A DNA stretch of 64,000 nt from Guillardia theta CCMP2712 (Eukaryota > Protista > Cryptophyta), in the NCBI RefSeq assembly GCF_000315625.1, contig NW_005434622.1, positions 200,883-264,882 on the forward strand, written 5' to 3'. Positions 61,610-64,000 of the stretch are shown here, piece after piece. The translations under genes and the position numbers were made by a program. Under the pieces are notes generated by a model. That model searched no databases, was not told where the DNA came from, and saw nothing but the letters and a program-made list of their open reading frames with translations. Numbering within the stretch: position 1 is the stretch's first letter; each line of letters starts with the position of its first letter.

Positions 61610-64000
61610 ATGATGCACGACAAAGGGAAGAAAGCCAAGAAAAAGACGCAGAAGAAGGTTGTATCGTCCCCGGATACACCAGAAAACACCTCTCACATCA
61701 GCAAGGATGAGGTGGACGCCGAAGAGTCTTCGTTCGAACAGGATCAAGATCATGCGCCGGACGGCGTGATTTCTCCTCCGCACAAGGAAGTGTTGGAAGA
61801 GGATCGCCCGGTCGTCGATCACTCCAAGGAGAATGGCTATGCACCTGAAGCAAGCGACCCAGAAAACAACCAGGACAGCCATGAGACTGCAGTGAAGAAC
61901 GCCGGGCTAGACACGCCTCCACCCGAGCAGCAGGAGGGTGATGCCGAGGGTATGAATGAGGCAGCCCCTCAAGCGGTGAACGCTCCTCCTATCCCCGAGA
62001 ACGATGTGCATCCTAACAGCCATCTGGCGGTTACTCATGACGATGCTGTGCTGAATGCTGCAGGGGACGCGGACGTCGCCTCTGCACAGGGGCTAACTGA
62101 AGATCCTTCAACCGGGCAGGAGAGTCCGGGACATCAGCAGCACATGAACCCTGAGGTTTTGTGCCCGACCGAGAGTGGGGAAACGTCGACGGGAGTGCAG
62201 ATGTACGTGGATACAGGGAGCCAGGAACAGGCTTATGAAGCCCAAGGTCAACAGGATGTAGCCAATGAGATGATGGGAGACGCGAGCTGCTTGTTCTCGC
62301 CGTCAGAGAAAGACGACTTCTTCGGGATCGCGTCAAACGGGGACACGCCATTCATGCTGAGCCAGCAGGAACAACCGCTTGAGGCTGAGAGGGCAGCAGA
62401 GGAACATGCCCAGGTGCACTTCCAGTCAGAGCAGGTGTATGCAGAACAGGCTCAGGAGCAGCAGGCGCAAACCATCCCGCAGAGTTTGCCGGAGAGCTCG
62501 GGCTGGTCTGCAGCTCCGATTGACGACGCCAGCAAACTTTTCGGAGAGTCCCAGGGATGCTCGGACGATTTCTTCGGAGGAAGCTACCAGGGGGCTGCGG
62601 AAAACGTCGGACAAACTCCGACGTTGCCCTATCAGGTTGCCTGCACTCACGAAAACTGACCTGCCAACTGAAGTTTGGTCGCAGGATCAGGTGCAGAACG
62701 CTGCACCACCGACCATGACCCCGCAGCAGCCGCCAGCTGTTGTCACAGCAGCACAACAGGGCCCGTTCGATCAAGTCGGAGGCGCAGGTGCATCGAGGGT
62801 GGCCAACGACGTCAGCGAGCTGTTTGGCCCGGTGTCGAATGACGGTGAAGAGACTTGAAATGCTGCTGACTGATGCGTGACGCTGCTGTTTCTGCAGTCC
62901 CTGACCTTTTCGGGCCTCCAGCTGAAACTCAAGAATATTCTTTCTTCGACAACCTCGCCACCCAGTATCAGCAGCCCCCCGCAGCCTACCAGCCTCAGAC
63001 CTTTCCTGCCGACCCATCCACGTACTACGCTGCTCCCAACAGCATGCCCTACCAGGATCCAAATGCCTTTTACTCACAGCAGCTCCACGAGCCTGCGCCA
63101 TATCACATGGAACATCCACAGCAAGTCCAGGGGCACTACGCCCCTCAAGATTACCAGCATGTTCAAGGTCATTACCCTCAGCAAGACTACCAGCAAGCTA
63201 CGTTTCAGAGCGCCCAGTACCAGGGCAGCTACGATGCTCAACAGGCGTATCCCTTCCAGCAGGCGGAGCAGAGCGTCGGCGACGGGCTCTCAGTTCATGG
63301 GTCCAGCGAGAGTGTTACGAGCGAGTCTAGCCGATACCTCTCGGACCCCACCTCCCACTTGCAGAGCAGCAGCATGCCGCCCTCTGTGTACAATGCAGAG
63401 CAGTACTCGCAAGGGTCGACGGCTCCTTATCACATGCAGGCTGGGCATCACAACCTGGCGCAGGAGTCACACTACAGCACCGGCAGCTTTGCAAGTCAGG
63501 GAAGCGAAGGAGACGCCAGCGCCTCGAGCTCGCATCCTTCACAGCCATACACTGGCCACTTCCAGCCCGCTGAACAGACGCAGGCTCCCGTGAGCTACGA
63601 CGCCACGACGTACAGCGCGTATCCAGCACAGGGGAGCCATCCAGGGATTCATAGCGCCCACGGGTCGGCAGGGGAGCAGCACCTGGAGCAGCACGCCGCT
63701 GACACGCTTGCTAGCTGGCAGCCATCGAACGAGGCTGCTGCTCACAACGACGAGCCGGCGATCGAGGCGACGCAGCTGGTCGAGGACCTGCCGTTCCCAT
63801 GGCAGGCGAGCATGCAGAGCCCCGATGACGGTGGGGGAACTTACCTGAATGACGGCAGGCACACCTTGATCCCAGCACGGGCTGCATCTATTACTTCAAC
63901 ACTCAGGTTGGGCTACTCGAGGCTCCTTTGGCAGGTCGTGATGTCTTGCTCGCAGACTGGATTCTCGTCCTGGGAGCCTCCGACTCAGCAAGAGATCGAA
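61610..64000 (+). CDS. Acidic, Gln/Pro/Tyr-rich low-complexity protein (N-terminal part; continues beyond the window)
   Basis: 349-aa first exon, then GT-AG introns (about 62635-62684 and 62843-62897) and QQPAYQP/YPQ-rich exons. Recurring DDFFG/KLFG/ELFG motifs recall disordered N-termini of trafficking scaffolds such as Sec16 (weak). Confidence 0.65.

Overview
This is eukaryotic nuclear DNA, not prokaryotic. It is gene-dense, with many short GT-AG introns (about 45-55 nt) carrying CTGAC-type branch points and longer introns inflated by purine/pyrimidine microsatellites. The style, plus a bipartite plastid-targeting presequence, suggests a cryptophyte alga (Hanusia/Guillardia-like); that assignment is inference. 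Most short ORFs in the supplied track are artefacts of introns and repeats. By manual splicing I find about 18 protein-coding loci and one tRNA-Lys(CTT). They are: a PSI-TM-RING-H2 E3 ligase, a MORN-repeat protein, a CPYC glutaredoxin, a plastid-targeted RGG/CysRS-anticodon-like-repeat/RanBP2-ZnF protein, a CAMK-like pseudokinase, a small PAS-like protein, a UIM+RING-H2 ligase, kynurenine 3-monooxygenase (crossing a 100-N gap), a polyQ micro-exon/TPR protein, an alpha/beta hydrolase, a meiotic HORMA gene (HOP1/ASY1-like, split across exons and not recoverable from the ORF track), a head-to-head NACHT-WD40 STAND protein, a secreted Cys-rich tandem-LysM protein, and several hypotheticals. The strongest candidate for an undescribed system is the intronless 654-aa ORF at 20253-22214. 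It has a ligand-binding-like ectodomain, about 6 TM helices and an apparently intact RelA/SpoT-type nucleotidyltransferase, suggesting a receptor-type alarmone or second-messenger synthetase in a eukaryote. Intergenic DNA has a recurrent GGGGTAC/ACCCC motif grammar, GC-rich palindromic patches and a dispersed 39-bp repeat. All gene models were spliced by eye, so boundaries are approximate.
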